From: an uncultured Gemmatimonadales bacterium
Lineage (GTDB): Bacteria; Gemmatimonadota; Gemmatimonadetes; Gemmatimonadales; GWC2-71-9
DNA length: 64,000 bases
Assembly: GCA_963821525.1 (NCBI GenBank)
Contig: CAWGED010000019.1
Span: 800,001 to 864,000, forward strand
Reading direction: 5' to 3'
Shown: positions 51,892 to 60,859 of the stretch, piece by piece
Numbering within the stretch: position 1 is the first letter of the stretch
How the letters are laid out: each line of letters opens with the position of its first letter
Program-made: the position numbers and the translations under genes
The notes under the pieces: model-generated
Database searches by the model: none
Told to the model about the DNA's origin: nothing
The model's input: only the letters and a program-made list of their open reading frames with translations

Positions 51892-53012
51892 TTAGAACCG
51901 ACTCCAGCTTCGGCCCGAAAGGGGCCGAAGATGGGTGCTTCGATCCGCCGCACGCCTAATGGCACAGCGAGACAAGGCAACCGAACCGACCCCGGTAAGC
52001 CGTGCGGTGTCACTCGGGCTGTGCCGCAGGAGCACCAGTCCAGTGACCCGGGTGCCGGCTCCGGCAATCGTCAACCGCCCGGCCACAACCACCACCCCGT
52101 AGAAGTCGAACCCGTCGGCCAGCTCCAGATCACCATCCGCCAGCAACACACCCTGGCCTCGGCCCCCTTCGATCCGGCTTCCCGACGAGACGCTGATGAT
52201 GGGGAAGAATCCAAAGCAGCGGCTGGACGAATCGAGCGGTTCGCCGAGGTTGGTCGCGGCCAAAGGATCACACCCGCCAGTCGCGGGATCGAGCACAGGC
52301 CCTGGACCGCTCACCAGTCCGCCGAGCTGCTGGTTCGCCGCAGCGCGCAGCCTCGTGAAATTCCAGCTGCCGTAAGTCGAGAGCAAAGAATCGGACACAG
52401 TCGAGTCAACCACGAGGCCCGGGCTGCCTGTGAGACAGGTTCCTCCTGTGCAGCCGCTGGAGAAAACCGGGGTTCCCGAACTGTCAGTCACGGCAGCGAG
52501 CGGCAGAAGCGGAAGGAGGACAGACACTACCCCATCCCGGCGGGACATGATCCCCGCCATCCACACTCATGCCGCCCCCCAGTTCAAGCGGACCGCGAGC
52601 CACGATCGCCCCGCGGTCGGGAAATCCTGGTGGCTCGATCCGCATCCATCGCCCCACCGCGGCCCGCGCCAGGGGGTGACCACCGGCGTCGTTGACCTCA
52701 CCGAACCCGGTCTGCAGGTAGAGCAAGGCGCCGAGGTGCGTGATCGAGTCGGCGAGAAGCTGGCGGCTCGATGCTCCTCCTCCGGAAGCGACCGTGGCTC
52801 CCGGCTGGCAGGGTGTCCCATGACTCTGTCGGCCAGCTCTCGGCCGCGAGCTCGATTCCGCCCTCGGCGGCCGCGGTGGCCTGGGTTGCCGCGAGGGCCT
52901 GATCCGCTGAGCGACTCTCCAGGCGCGCAAGCATCAGTACCATCCCGGCGAGGAGTGTCAGCGCGGTGAGCACAATGAGAGTGAGGGGCAATGCCACCCC
53001 TCGCCGGTTCAT
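51892..53012 (-). CDS. PilX-like minor pilin, multiple apparent frameshifts
   Basis: MNRRG/VALPLTLIVL..., A..AAEGG motif; fragments 52698-53030, 52484-52930 and 51892-52566. Confidence 0.7.
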
Positions 53013-53026
53013 ACAGGCTCGGGATC

Positions 53027-53845
53027 TCATGGGCCGGCATTCCTGAAGGGGATCACGACCCTCGCCGTGTCTCTCAGCAACTGCGGCGCACCGAAGGATC
53101 CCGCAACGGCCCGCGCCGCCAACGCGCGAATCACCACCTCACCCGATCGAACCTCGAATGCCCGCCCGGCGAGCCCACCCGCCGAATCCCGGAAAGCGAA
53201 CGAGAGTCCGTTGCTATCGAGTGGGCCAAGAACCGGTTGAATGACCTCTCCAGCACTGACCGATCTCGCGCCGAGCCAGTAGTTGCCCTGCGATTGATAG
53301 AGCTTGATCTGCATGATCTCAAACACTCTGACCGGAAACAACGGGCCCACGGACGCGGCTGCGAGGGCCACAGAATCGAGCAAGGTGGAGAGACGCAGCG
53401 AGGAAGCTCCGCCGCAGGTTGATTGGCCGACGGCAGTCACCGGTCCGCTGACCCACTCTCGGCCCGGACCCGCAGCGACATAGAGCAGCAGACTGTCGCG
53501 GCCGGGCTGAGGACGACGAAAGGCGCCGTAGGTCTCACCGAGCAACTCCACCGACGTCGGGCCGATCCGGCAGGCAATTCCGCTTCCCCGGGTGGCTCGG
53601 TAGGTCACTGATTCGGCGGCGAAGGCGAGGAGGTCGAGGTTTCCGGAATCGGTGGAGACATCTCGCAGGTCCGTGGAGATGAAGGCCGCGGCGCTTCGCA
53701 GATTGGCCTGCAGGAGAACCCGCTGGGCCTGCAGGGAAGCGGTCCGCTGCTGCGCCACCAGGAGGCGGTAGACCAACCCGAGCACCAGGACGGTGAGCAG
53801 CAACGCCACCATGCTCTCGATAAGCGTGAAACCGGCATTGCTCAC
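53027..53845 (-). CDS. PilW-like minor pilin
   Basis: GTG start, AG/FTLIESMVALL prepilin motif. Confidence 0.8.
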   Translation of the reverse strand: MSNAGFTLIESMVALLLTVLVLGLVYRLLVAQQRTASLQAQRVLLQANLRSAAAFISTDLRDVSTDSGNLDLLAFAAESVTYRATRGSGIACRIGPTSVELLGETYGAFRRPQPGRDSLLLYVAAGPGREWVSGPVTAVGQSTCGGASSLRLSTLLDSVALAAASVGPLFPVRVFEIMQIKLYQSQGNYWLGARSVSAGEVIQPVLGPLDSNGLSFAFRDSAGGLAGRAFEVRSGEVVIRALAARAVAGSFGAPQLLRDTARVVIPFRNAGP

Positions 53846-54207
53846 GCGCACGAAATCACCGTCCGGATCGTGTCCGCCCGGATACCTCGATGGGTTGGGC
53901 TGGTGATGATGACTTGAAGAGGGCGGGTGCCACCTGTGCCGGTGAGTGTCCATTGCTCGCCGAGCCCGCCAGCCAGAGGCCTGCCGCCGCCACTCAGCGC
54001 GGCACAACCACCAGGGACTGCGGCAGCGTTCCGAACCAGCTCGATTCTCTCCGAGGCGGCCAGTGTGACCCTCGACCGGTTTCTCGCTTCAATCAGCAGG
54101 CGGCTGGTGAGCGCCGTGGTAGTAACCGCGCCGAGCAGGCCCACGTCGAAGACAATGAGGGCAACGAGAACTTCTACGGTGCTGAATCCAGCGTGAGACC
54201 GACCCAT
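53842..54207 (-). CDS. PilV-like minor pilin
   Basis: AG/FSTVEVLVALIVF.VGLLG prepilin motif. Confidence 0.8.
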   Translation of the reverse strand: MGRSHAGFSTVEVLVALIVFDVGLLGAVTTTALTSRLLIEARNRSRVTLAASERIELVRNAAAVPGGCAALSGGGRPLAGGLGEQWTLTGTGGTRPLQVIITSPTHRGIRADTIRTVISCA

Positions 54208-54301
54208 GGCAGCTCACCTCCGGCCGCGAGCATACTCCGCCGGTCAGAGAAGTCCGCCATCCAGAAGACGCGAGGAGGATCAATGCGACGCGAGGTGCGC
54301 C

Positions 54302-54334
54302 AAAAAAGAAGAGGCGGCGGATCGCTCCGCCGCC
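54302..54334 (-). terminator. Rho-independent terminator of pilin copy 2
   Basis: Same stem as 51210-51241, followed by TCTTCTTTTTT. Confidence 0.85.
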
Positions 54335-54361
54335 CCCTCGTGTTGCCGGTGCCGCGCGACC

Positions 54362-54787
54362 TTACCAGCAGGCCGGGGCGCCTTCGTTGGTCACCGCCGC
54401 ATTCGGCGCATTCGCCAGCGGGCCGGTGAAGATGCCGCAGTTCGTCGGGGTACTGGTCACCGCCGGGTTCGTCATCGTGGCCTTCCAGCCGGCCGCGTCA
54501 ACGTAGGTCAGCGTCAACACGTTCCCCTTGCTGGGCACGAACGAAACCTTGCCCGCGCCGCCGGTGCCGTTGGTCTGCGCCGTGCTGACCGTCGAGCCGG
54601 CGTAGTCGTTGTTATCCGAGAAGAACGCTTCCTGCGCCGTCACCATGTTCCGCAGGTCCGACTTCATGGACGCCACGATCGCCTTCTGCTTGGTGTTGGC
54701 GAACTTCGGGATCGCGATGGCAGCCAGAATGCCGATGATCACCACCACGATCAACAGCTCGATGAGCGTAAAGCCCTTCCGGTTCAT
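54362..54787 (-). CDS. pilA: Type IVa major pilin, copy 2 (139/141 aa identical to copy 1)
   Basis: Prepilin motif; differs from copy 1 only by L/M and A/T. Confidence 0.93.
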   Translation of the reverse strand: MNRKGFTLIELLIVVVIIGILAAIAIPKFANTKQKAIVASMKSDLRNMVTAQEAFFSDNNDYAGSTVSTAQTNGTGGAGKVSFVPSKGNVLTLTYVDAAGWKATMTNPAVTSTPTNCGIFTGPLANAPNAAVTNEGAPACW

Positions 54788-54860
54788 AAACTCCTCCGAG
54801 TTATTACGGGGCGCCCAACGCGCTGGCCGCTGTGGTAGGGAGACTTCAGCCAGTTAACAA

Positions 54861-54877
54861 GGCAATGGGCATACCAG
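54861..54877 (-). promoter_or_regulatory. Sigma54 -24/-12 promoter of pilin copy 2
   Basis: CTGGTATGCCCATTGCC (GG-N10-GC); IHF-like ATCAAGAACTTG at about 54907-54918. Confidence 0.75.
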
Positions 54878-54938
54878 CCTGGCTCATTGGGGGCAACTTG
54901 CTACCGATCAAGAACTTGAGACCGGTATCGTCAACTTG

Positions 54939-56579
54939 TCAGTTTTGGGGGCCGGTTTGGGGTGGTGGAAATTGCACGAAGGCGGCCGTTAAGCTGTCAA
55001 TAACCGACTGAATTCGAGCCGCATCGGGGTCTCTTCTGAGGGTCTTCTGATCGGCCTCGGAACGCGCCTCAGCGACCTTCCCCAAGTCGAGATAACAGAG
55101 CACCAGCTTGCTCCGGACTTTCCACTGTTCCGGGGCGAGACTCAGTGACTTCAGATACAGCGGTATGGCCGGTCCACACTGGCGGTTCCGCACGTACAGG
55201 TCGCCGTAATCACTGAAGAGATTGGGGTCCGCTTGGTAAAGCCGCAGGGCAATGCGGTATTCCAGGTTCGCCTGCTCCAGGTCTCCCGATCCAACCAGAA
55301 TGCTCCCATAGGCCCAGTGAGCCTTGTAGCTGAGCGGGGCATCGAGGACGGTCCGTCGAAACAGGGTGTCGTTGTCTCGCCAGACCAGCTGCCGGGTTGA
55401 ACTCCGCCAGAGACCGAGTCCCAGAAGAATCCCCAGCGCGGCCAACACCACCCGGCGCTCTCCCAACGGGGCCGCGACGAACTTGGGAATGGCCGCCGCA
55501 ATCCCACCCCCAAGAGCCAACGCCGCACCGACACTCGGCAGGAACAAGGCACGCTCTGCGAGCAGGATTCCAGTGGGGACCGCCAGGTTGCTGACCGGGA
55601 ACAGCGCGATGCCGGTCCAGCAGAGCCCGAAGCACACGGCTGGTGCCCGCCGTCGAGAGAAGACCGCAAGGCCCACCATCCCGCACAGCAGGAGAGCGCC
55701 GATCAACTGGGGCAGGCCGAATGTCGTGGCGAGATCGAGCTCCTGCGGCATGTAGTCGGCCTGGAGGTGCCAGGGGAAGAGCAGCAACCGGAGCCATTGC
55801 GGGACCACCGCGAGCATGGTGAGCGCGCGATCTCCCAGGCCAACCCCTCGTATCGAGGTGTTCGCGAGGTCCCCGGCCAGACCGCCCAGCACCGCGGTTC
55901 GCGCCGCCAGGAACAGTGCCGCCACGGCGACCAGCGCGGCCAGGAGAGCTCTACCCCGGGCCGGTCGCGGCCGCTCCAGCACAGTGTATTCAGCTGCCAC
56001 CAGCAGTCCGGGCAGCACGACGCCGTGCTCCTTGGTGAAGCACATGACGAGATAGAGCGCGGCGAGACCCGCAATCGTGATCCACGACAGCTCCCCCGAC
56101 CTCCGAGCAGCCACGTACCACGCGGTCGCGACAACCGCAAGCAACCCCACCACGAGCTCGGGTTGTCCGACCGTATTGGCGACGGCCTCGACATGGACCG
56201 GCTGAACCGAGAAGAGCGCGGCAGTGAGCCAGGCAGCCGGGAGCGGGAGGATCAGTTTGGCGAGGCGAAAGATTGCTATGACAACGGCGAGGTAGAGCAG
56301 CACGTTGGCTGCATGAAAGGCCCACGGGGCGCCGCCTCCCAGGGCCCACTCCAACTTGAACAACACGATGGTGACGGGGCGGTAGAGTGCGGCTCCAACC
56401 TCGGGTGGCCAGTACGGTTCCGCGAAGGATTGCCAGAGACCAACCAGGGTGTGGACTCGGAAGTTGTCTACGACGATGGCGCGATCGTCGAAGACGAAGC
56501 CGTTGCCCAGGCCGCTAGCCGAGGCGGCGAGGGCGATGGCCAGCAGGGAGAGAATAAGCCAGAGATCGCGGCGGGTCAT
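54939..56579 (-). CDS. TMTC-like GT-C glycosyltransferase (multi-TM + TPR)
   Basis: FVFDD, YRPVT, FHAANVLL, P.HVEAV, KE.G, LLLFP..L.ADY, AER.LFLPS, W....TLF, C-terminal TPRs. Confidence 0.8.
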   Translation of the reverse strand: MTRRDLWLILSLLAIALAASASGLGNGFVFDDRAIVVDNFRVHTLVGLWQSFAEPYWPPEVGAALYRPVTIVLFKLEWALGGGAPWAFHAANVLLYLAVVIAIFRLAKLILPLPAAWLTAALFSVQPVHVEAVANTVGQPELVVGLLAVVATAWYVAARRSGELSWITIAGLAALYLVMCFTKEHGVVLPGLLVAAEYTVLERPRPARGRALLAALVAVAALFLAARTAVLGGLAGDLANTSIRGVGLGDRALTMLAVVPQWLRLLLFPWHLQADYMPQELDLATTFGLPQLIGALLLCGMVGLAVFSRRRAPAVCFGLCWTGIALFPVSNLAVPTGILLAERALFLPSVGAALALGGGIAAAIPKFVAAPLGERRVVLAALGILLGLGLWRSSTRQLVWRDNDTLFRRTVLDAPLSYKAHWAYGSILVGSGDLEQANLEYRIALRLYQADPNLFSDYGDLYVRNRQCGPAIPLYLKSLSLAPEQWKVRSKLVLCYLDLGKVAEARSEADQKTLRRDPDAARIQSVIDSLTAAFVQFPPPQTGPQN

Positions 56580-56604
56580 GACCGGGTGCTTGCCCGGGAG
56601 CCGG

Positions 56605-57975
56605 TCAGGTGGGCTGCTCCTCGTAGCGGCTCAGCTTGCGGTACAGAGTCGAAGGATCGATGCCCAGCACTTCTGCCGCGCGAGTCTTGTTCCCGCCCTC
56701 GGACTGGAGCACGTACATGATGTAGGCCCGCTCGATCACCTCAAGAGTGGGATTGTCGTACGACCGCTCCGAGACCAGCGGTTCCTTCTTCCGCTTGGTG
56801 ATGCGCTCCGGAAGCGCGGCGGGCTCTATCACGTTGCCCTTGCTGATGACCCAGGCATGCTCCAGTGCATTTTCCAGCTCGCGGACATTGCCGGGCCATT
56901 CGTAGACCATGACCGCATCGAGGGTGTCCGCCGAGAGCGCCTTGGGCTCGGTCTGCTGCTCCGAGGCGAGGTGCTGCAGGAACGATTCGATCAGCAGCAG
57001 GATGTCTTCCCGCCGCTCCCGCAACGGAGGCAGGTTGATGGCGATCACGTTGAGCCGATAAAAGAGATCCGAACGGAAGGTGGCCTTCCGCATCTCCTCT
57101 TCGAGGTCCCGGTTGGTCGCTGCCATGATGCGAACATCCACCGGAATAGCCTCGGTGGCTCCCACCGGAATCGCTTCCCGTTCCTGCAATACCCGGAGCA
57201 ACTTGATCTGCAGTGAGGGTGGCATCTCCCCGACCTCATCGAGGAAGAAGCTCCCGCCGCGGGCAGCCGCGAAGAGTCCCTGCTTATCGCGCACGGCTCC
57301 GGTAAACGAACCCTTCACATGCCCGAACAGCTCGCTCTCGAGCAGGTTTTCCGGCAGCGCGCCGCAGTTGATCGAGAGACAGGGTCCATCGGTCCGGTTG
57401 GAGAGGCTGTGGATGTAGCGGGCGAGGACTTCCTTACCGGTCCCGCTCTCTCCCGTGAGCAGGACTGTCGAGTCGGTAGGAGCGACCTGCTCGGCGAGTT
57501 TGAGGACTTCGTTGAACCGCTTGGATTTTCCGATCGGCCGGACGACGCCGGTCCGGTCCCGGCGGCGGATTTCCTGCTTCAGGTGCTTGTTCTCGACCCG
57601 TACCGCGCGGTAATCACAGGCCCGGCGCAAGATGGCGACCAGTTCATCGTTAGCGAACGGCTTCTGGATGTAGTAGAAGGCCCCCTGGTTGACGGCCTGA
57701 ATCGCCGTCTGCAGCGACGCCTGGGCCGTCATCAGGATGACCGGAGTCATCGGGTCCTGCTCCCTGACCGCGCTCAAGATGTCGATGCCGGTCACCTGCG
57801 GCATCCGCACATCGGACAGGACGATGTCGTAGGCGCCGGCGCGAATCTGATCCAGGCCGGCCTTTCCACCCTGCGCGGTGAGGACCTCGAAGCCCTCTTT
57901 CTTGAGCAGGATCCGCAGCGTATCGAGGATGCCCGACTCGTCGTCGATGACCAACACCGATGGTTTCTGACTCAT
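56605..57975 (-). CDS. Sigma54-dependent response regulator (PilR/NtrC-like)
   Basis: Receiver (DD, D..MP, KP), [24 protein letters not shown], Fis HTH; within the pilus locus. Confidence 0.93.
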   Translation of the reverse strand: MSQKPSVLVIDDESGILDTLRILLKKEGFEVLTAQGGKAGLDQIRAGAYDIVLSDVRMPQVTGIDILSAVREQDPMTPVILMTAQASLQTAIQAVNQGAFYYIQKPFANDELVAILRRACDYRAVRVENKHLKQEIRRRDRTGVVRPIGKSKRFNEVLKLAEQVAPTDSTVLLTGESGTGKEVLARYIHSLSNRTDGPCLSINCGALPENLLESELFGHVKGSFTGAVRDKQGLFAAARGGSFFLDEVGEMPPSLQIKLLRVLQEREAIPVGATEAIPVDVRIMAATNRDLEEEMRKATFRSDLFYRLNVIAINLPPLRERREDILLLIESFLQHLASEQQTEPKALSADTLDAVMVYEWPGNVRELENALEHAWVISKGNVIEPAALPERITKRKKEPLVSERSYDNPTLEVIERAYIMYVLQSEGGNKTRAAEVLGIDPSTLYRKLSRYEEQPT

Positions 57976-59627
57976 TCAATGACCTCCGACGCACGACGAG
58001 CGGGGAAATAGATGGTGAATTTGGTGCCCTTCCCTGGCGCGGAGTCAACCAGGGCCACGCCGCGATGCGCCTCAACGGCACGCTGCACTATCGCGAGACC
58101 AAGGCCGCTACCGCCTGAACGTCCCGTGACGAACGGCTCAAAGAGACGCTCTCGCAACTCTTCGGGAATGCCGGGGCCGGTGTCCCGCACTTCGAGCCGC
58201 AGCGGGTGCTCGATGTTGTTGCCGAGCGGGAGATCTCCCACCTTGGCCGGACCAGTGGTGACGGTGACGACCGCCGGGCCCTTGGCCGCCTGCGCAGCAT
58301 TCAGCACCAGATTGACCACCACGCGATACAGCAGGTCCTCATCTCCCTCCAGCACGGTCCGCTGGCCCTGCACTCGAATCTCGGTGTCCGCCTTGCAGTC
58401 GGGGTGCTCGCGGACCATACGCACCGCCGCGGTCACCACCGCCTGCAGGTCCACCGGCGCGAACTTGGTTGCCCGAACCCGAGCGAAGTCCAGGAACTCG
58501 TTCAGCAGGCGGCTGAGCCGGTCACTCTCCCGGACGATAAGCTGCGCAAGATAGCGGTCGTCCTCGTCCGCCTGGGCGGTCCGCGCCAGCTGTTCCACCG
58601 AACTGCGGATCGAGGCGAGCGGGTTGCGGATTTCATGGGCCAGCGACGCGCTCAGCGCCGCCACCGCCTCGAGCCGCTCGGCGCGCAGATTCAGCTCCTG
58701 AATCCGCTTCAGGTCGGAGATGTCGGTGAAAATAGCGGTGACCGACGGACGCCCGTCTGCGTCCCGATCGAAGGTCGTGGTACTCAGACCGATCGGGAAC
58801 ACCCGTCCATCGTCATGCTGCACCGTCCCTTCGCTACGGCTCACCTTCCGTCCATGACGAATCGCAGAAACCATAGCTGCCCACATTTCCGGCGAGCGAT
58901 GCTTCAGCGTGTCCAGGATCGGGTGTCCGGTCATTCGTGGTCCATCGAGCTGGAGCAGCCGCTCGCCCATCGGGTTCAGGAAGGCGAGCCGGCCCGAGCC
59001 ATCGATGGTGAGTACGCCCGACCGGATGTTCTGAAGGATGTCATCGGCTTGGAGTCGCGCCCGGCGCAACTCGGTCTGCAGCGATTCCCGCTCCGCCCCG
59101 GCCTGGCGAAGTCGGGTAGCCAACAGGGCCACAACTGCGTAGGACCCCAGAATGATGACTATCTGGCCCCAGAAGCCCAGCCCCGGGCGCACCGGGTGTC
59201 CCCAGTATACGTCGGCAAAGTAGAACAACGCCGCCGTGAGCGCGACCAGGAATCCGCGCCCGAAGGAGAACAGGAGCGCGTAGCTGGAAGTGACCAGGAT
59301 GTAGAGCGCCGGGAAGGCGCTATTGGGGCCGCCCGTCAGATGGACCAGGAGCGTCACCAGCGCAACGTCCACCAAGGCCTGGCAGAAGAGAAAGACATTT
59401 CCCGGATGGCGTCGCCGCACCCAAACAGCCCAGTACCCGTACGCCGTCACCACCAGGCCCAGACTGACTGTGGTGCTGATGATGAAGGCCCGGGAGGGAT
59501 CGGAGGTCCAGATCAGCGCCGCGCCGGCGAGGTTGCCGACGGCCAGCATCAACCTCCCCGCGAAGATCCACGAGAGGAGGGTACGCTGACTTGGAAGTGC
59601 GGGGGCCGTGGCCGGCGAATGCGCCAT
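57972..59627 (-). CDS. Sensor histidine kinase (PilS-like: about 6 TM, PAS, HisKA, HATPase)
   Basis: TGG..S.F..LY TM motif, LAHEIRNPL, NLV.NA, DTGPGI, GSGLGL. Confidence 0.93.
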   Translation of the reverse strand: MAHSPATAPALPSQRTLLSWIFAGRLMLAVGNLAGAALIWTSDPSRAFIISTTVSLGLVVTAYGYWAVWVRRRHPGNVFLFCQALVDVALVTLLVHLTGGPNSAFPALYILVTSSYALLFSFGRGFLVALTAALFYFADVYWGHPVRPGLGFWGQIVIILGSYAVVALLATRLRQAGAERESLQTELRRARLQADDILQNIRSGVLTIDGSGRLAFLNPMGERLLQLDGPRMTGHPILDTLKHRSPEMWAAMVSAIRHGRKVSRSEGTVQHDDGRVFPIGLSTTTFDRDADGRPSVTAIFTDISDLKRIQELNLRAERLEAVAALSASLAHEIRNPLASIRSSVEQLARTAQADEDDRYLAQLIVRESDRLSRLLNEFLDFARVRATKFAPVDLQAVVTAAVRMVREHPDCKADTEIRVQGQRTVLEGDEDLLYRVVVNLVLNAAQAAKGPAVVTVTTGPAKVGDLPLGNNIEHPLRLEVRDTGPGIPEELRERLFEPFVTGRSGGSGLGLAIVQRAVEAHRGVALVDSAPGKGTKFTIYFPARRASEVIE

Positions 59628-59642
59628 GCCGGAAGTCTAGTC

Positions 59643-59739
59643 GGTGATGGGTGGTGGGTTGTAGGTGGTGGGGAGTATCGACCGTAGACCCGGCGTCATT
59701 TACCGACCATCTACCACCCACCACCCACCACCCACCACC
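59643..59739. repeat. Inverted heptamer arrays (GGTGGTG-type, then CCACCCA-type) between divergent genes
   Basis: Read directly. Confidence 0.8.
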
Positions 59740-59746
59740 TTTCAGC

Positions 59747-60724
59747 ATGCCTTGGACCGTGTATATCCTGCGCTGCCGCGATCGATCACTTTACACCGGC
59801 GCCACCAACGATCTGGGGAGACGGCTCGAGCGACACCGGAACGGTCGCGGTGCGGCATACACTCGCGGAAGGGCACCGCTCGAACTGGTGTACCAGGAGG
59901 TCGTGGCCGATCGCGGTGCCGCCCTGCGCAGGGAATGGTCCCTAAAGCAACTCTCTCGTGTCGAGAAGGAACAGTTGATCATGGGTCGCGGCAACATCCC
60001 CACTCAATCAGAATTCCGCGGATTCGGTCCCTCCCTGATGGGTTTCTTCGGTCGGCTCAAGCGGAACAACAACCGGGAATGGTTTCTGGCCAATCGCCCG
60101 GTTTACGAGCTCCACGTGAAAACGCCGTTGCAGGCACTGATCGAGGAGATGGACGTTCGGTTCGCCCGCTTCGCGCCTGAGTTTGTGGGTGATCCACGAC
60201 TCTCGATGTTCCGGATCCATCGCGACGTCCGGTTTTCCAAGGACAAGTCGCCCTACAAGACTCACGCGGCATGCTGGTTTTTTCACCGGGACGCGGGAAA
60301 GGGCGTTGGCTCGGAAGCCCATGGCGGTGCCGGGTTCTACCTGCACCTGGCTCAGGAAGGGAGCTTTCTCGGAGCGGGGATCTGGATGCCGCCTCGTCCC
60401 GCATTGCAGAAGCTGCGCGACGCGATCGCCAACGATCAGCGCGGCTTTGAGCGGACGATGCTAGCCCCCACGATGAAGCGGAGATTCGGCACTCTGGATG
60501 AGGAGTCGGTACTCAAGCGGCTGCCACGCGGGTTCGAGCCGGATCATCCCGCGTCTCGCTGGCTGCGCTTTCAGTCGTTCACGATGGGGCGCAGCATCCC
60601 GCGAACCCAGGTGCTGAGCCGGCAACTACCGAAGACGCTGGAGGGAGACTACCGGAGACTGCTGCCATTTGTGCGGTGGCTGAATGGGGCGATGGGGTAT
60701 GGGGCTCTGGAGCGGAGAATGTGA
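59747..60724 (+). CDS. GIY-YIG nuclease domain fused to DUF2461 (TIGR02453-like)
   Basis: WTVYILRC.D.SLYTG.TNDL.RR..H..G.GA.YTR; NNNREWF...FRIHRDVRFSKDKSPYK. Confidence 0.85.
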   Translation: MPWTVYILRCRDRSLYTGATNDLGRRLERHRNGRGAAYTRGRAPLELVYQEVVADRGAALRREWSLKQLSRVEKEQLIMGRGNIPTQSEFRGFGPSLMGFFGRLKRNNNREWFLANRPVYELHVKTPLQALIEEMDVRFARFAPEFVGDPRLSMFRIHRDVRFSKDKSPYKTHAACWFFHRDAGKGVGSEAHGGAGFYLHLAQEGSFLGAGIWMPPRPALQKLRDAIANDQRGFERTMLAPTMKRRFGTLDEESVLKRLPRGFEPDHPASRWLRFQSFTMGRSIPRTQVLSRQLPKTLEGDYRRLLPFVRWLNGAMGYGALERRM

Positions 60725-60859
60725 GGTGGGAGTAGGGAATAGGTTGTTAGGGGGGTAGGGGTGAGTAGCCGACAAATCGAGCACTAGAATGAGTACGTAG
60801 TCAAATCCTCGCCCTATTCCCGACTCCCTATTCCCTACTCCCTACCTCACTCCACCTCA
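60722..60859. repeat. Inverted heptamer arrays (AGGGART, then CCCTAYT) bounded by the two convergent stop codons
   Basis: TGAGGTGG at 60722 and CCACCTCA ending at 60859 each include a stop codon. Confidence 0.8.

Noticed and set aside
58206..59687. Long antisense ORFs (e.g. 58206-59687, 15642-17051, 42551-43750, 37208-38326, 7740-8828)
   Set aside because: Shadow ORFs opposite well-supported genes in high-GC DNA, with no recognisable motifs.
1078..60859. Short repeat arrays as CRISPR arrays
   Set aside because: Units are 7-8 bp tandem copies with no unique spacers, and there are no cas genes.
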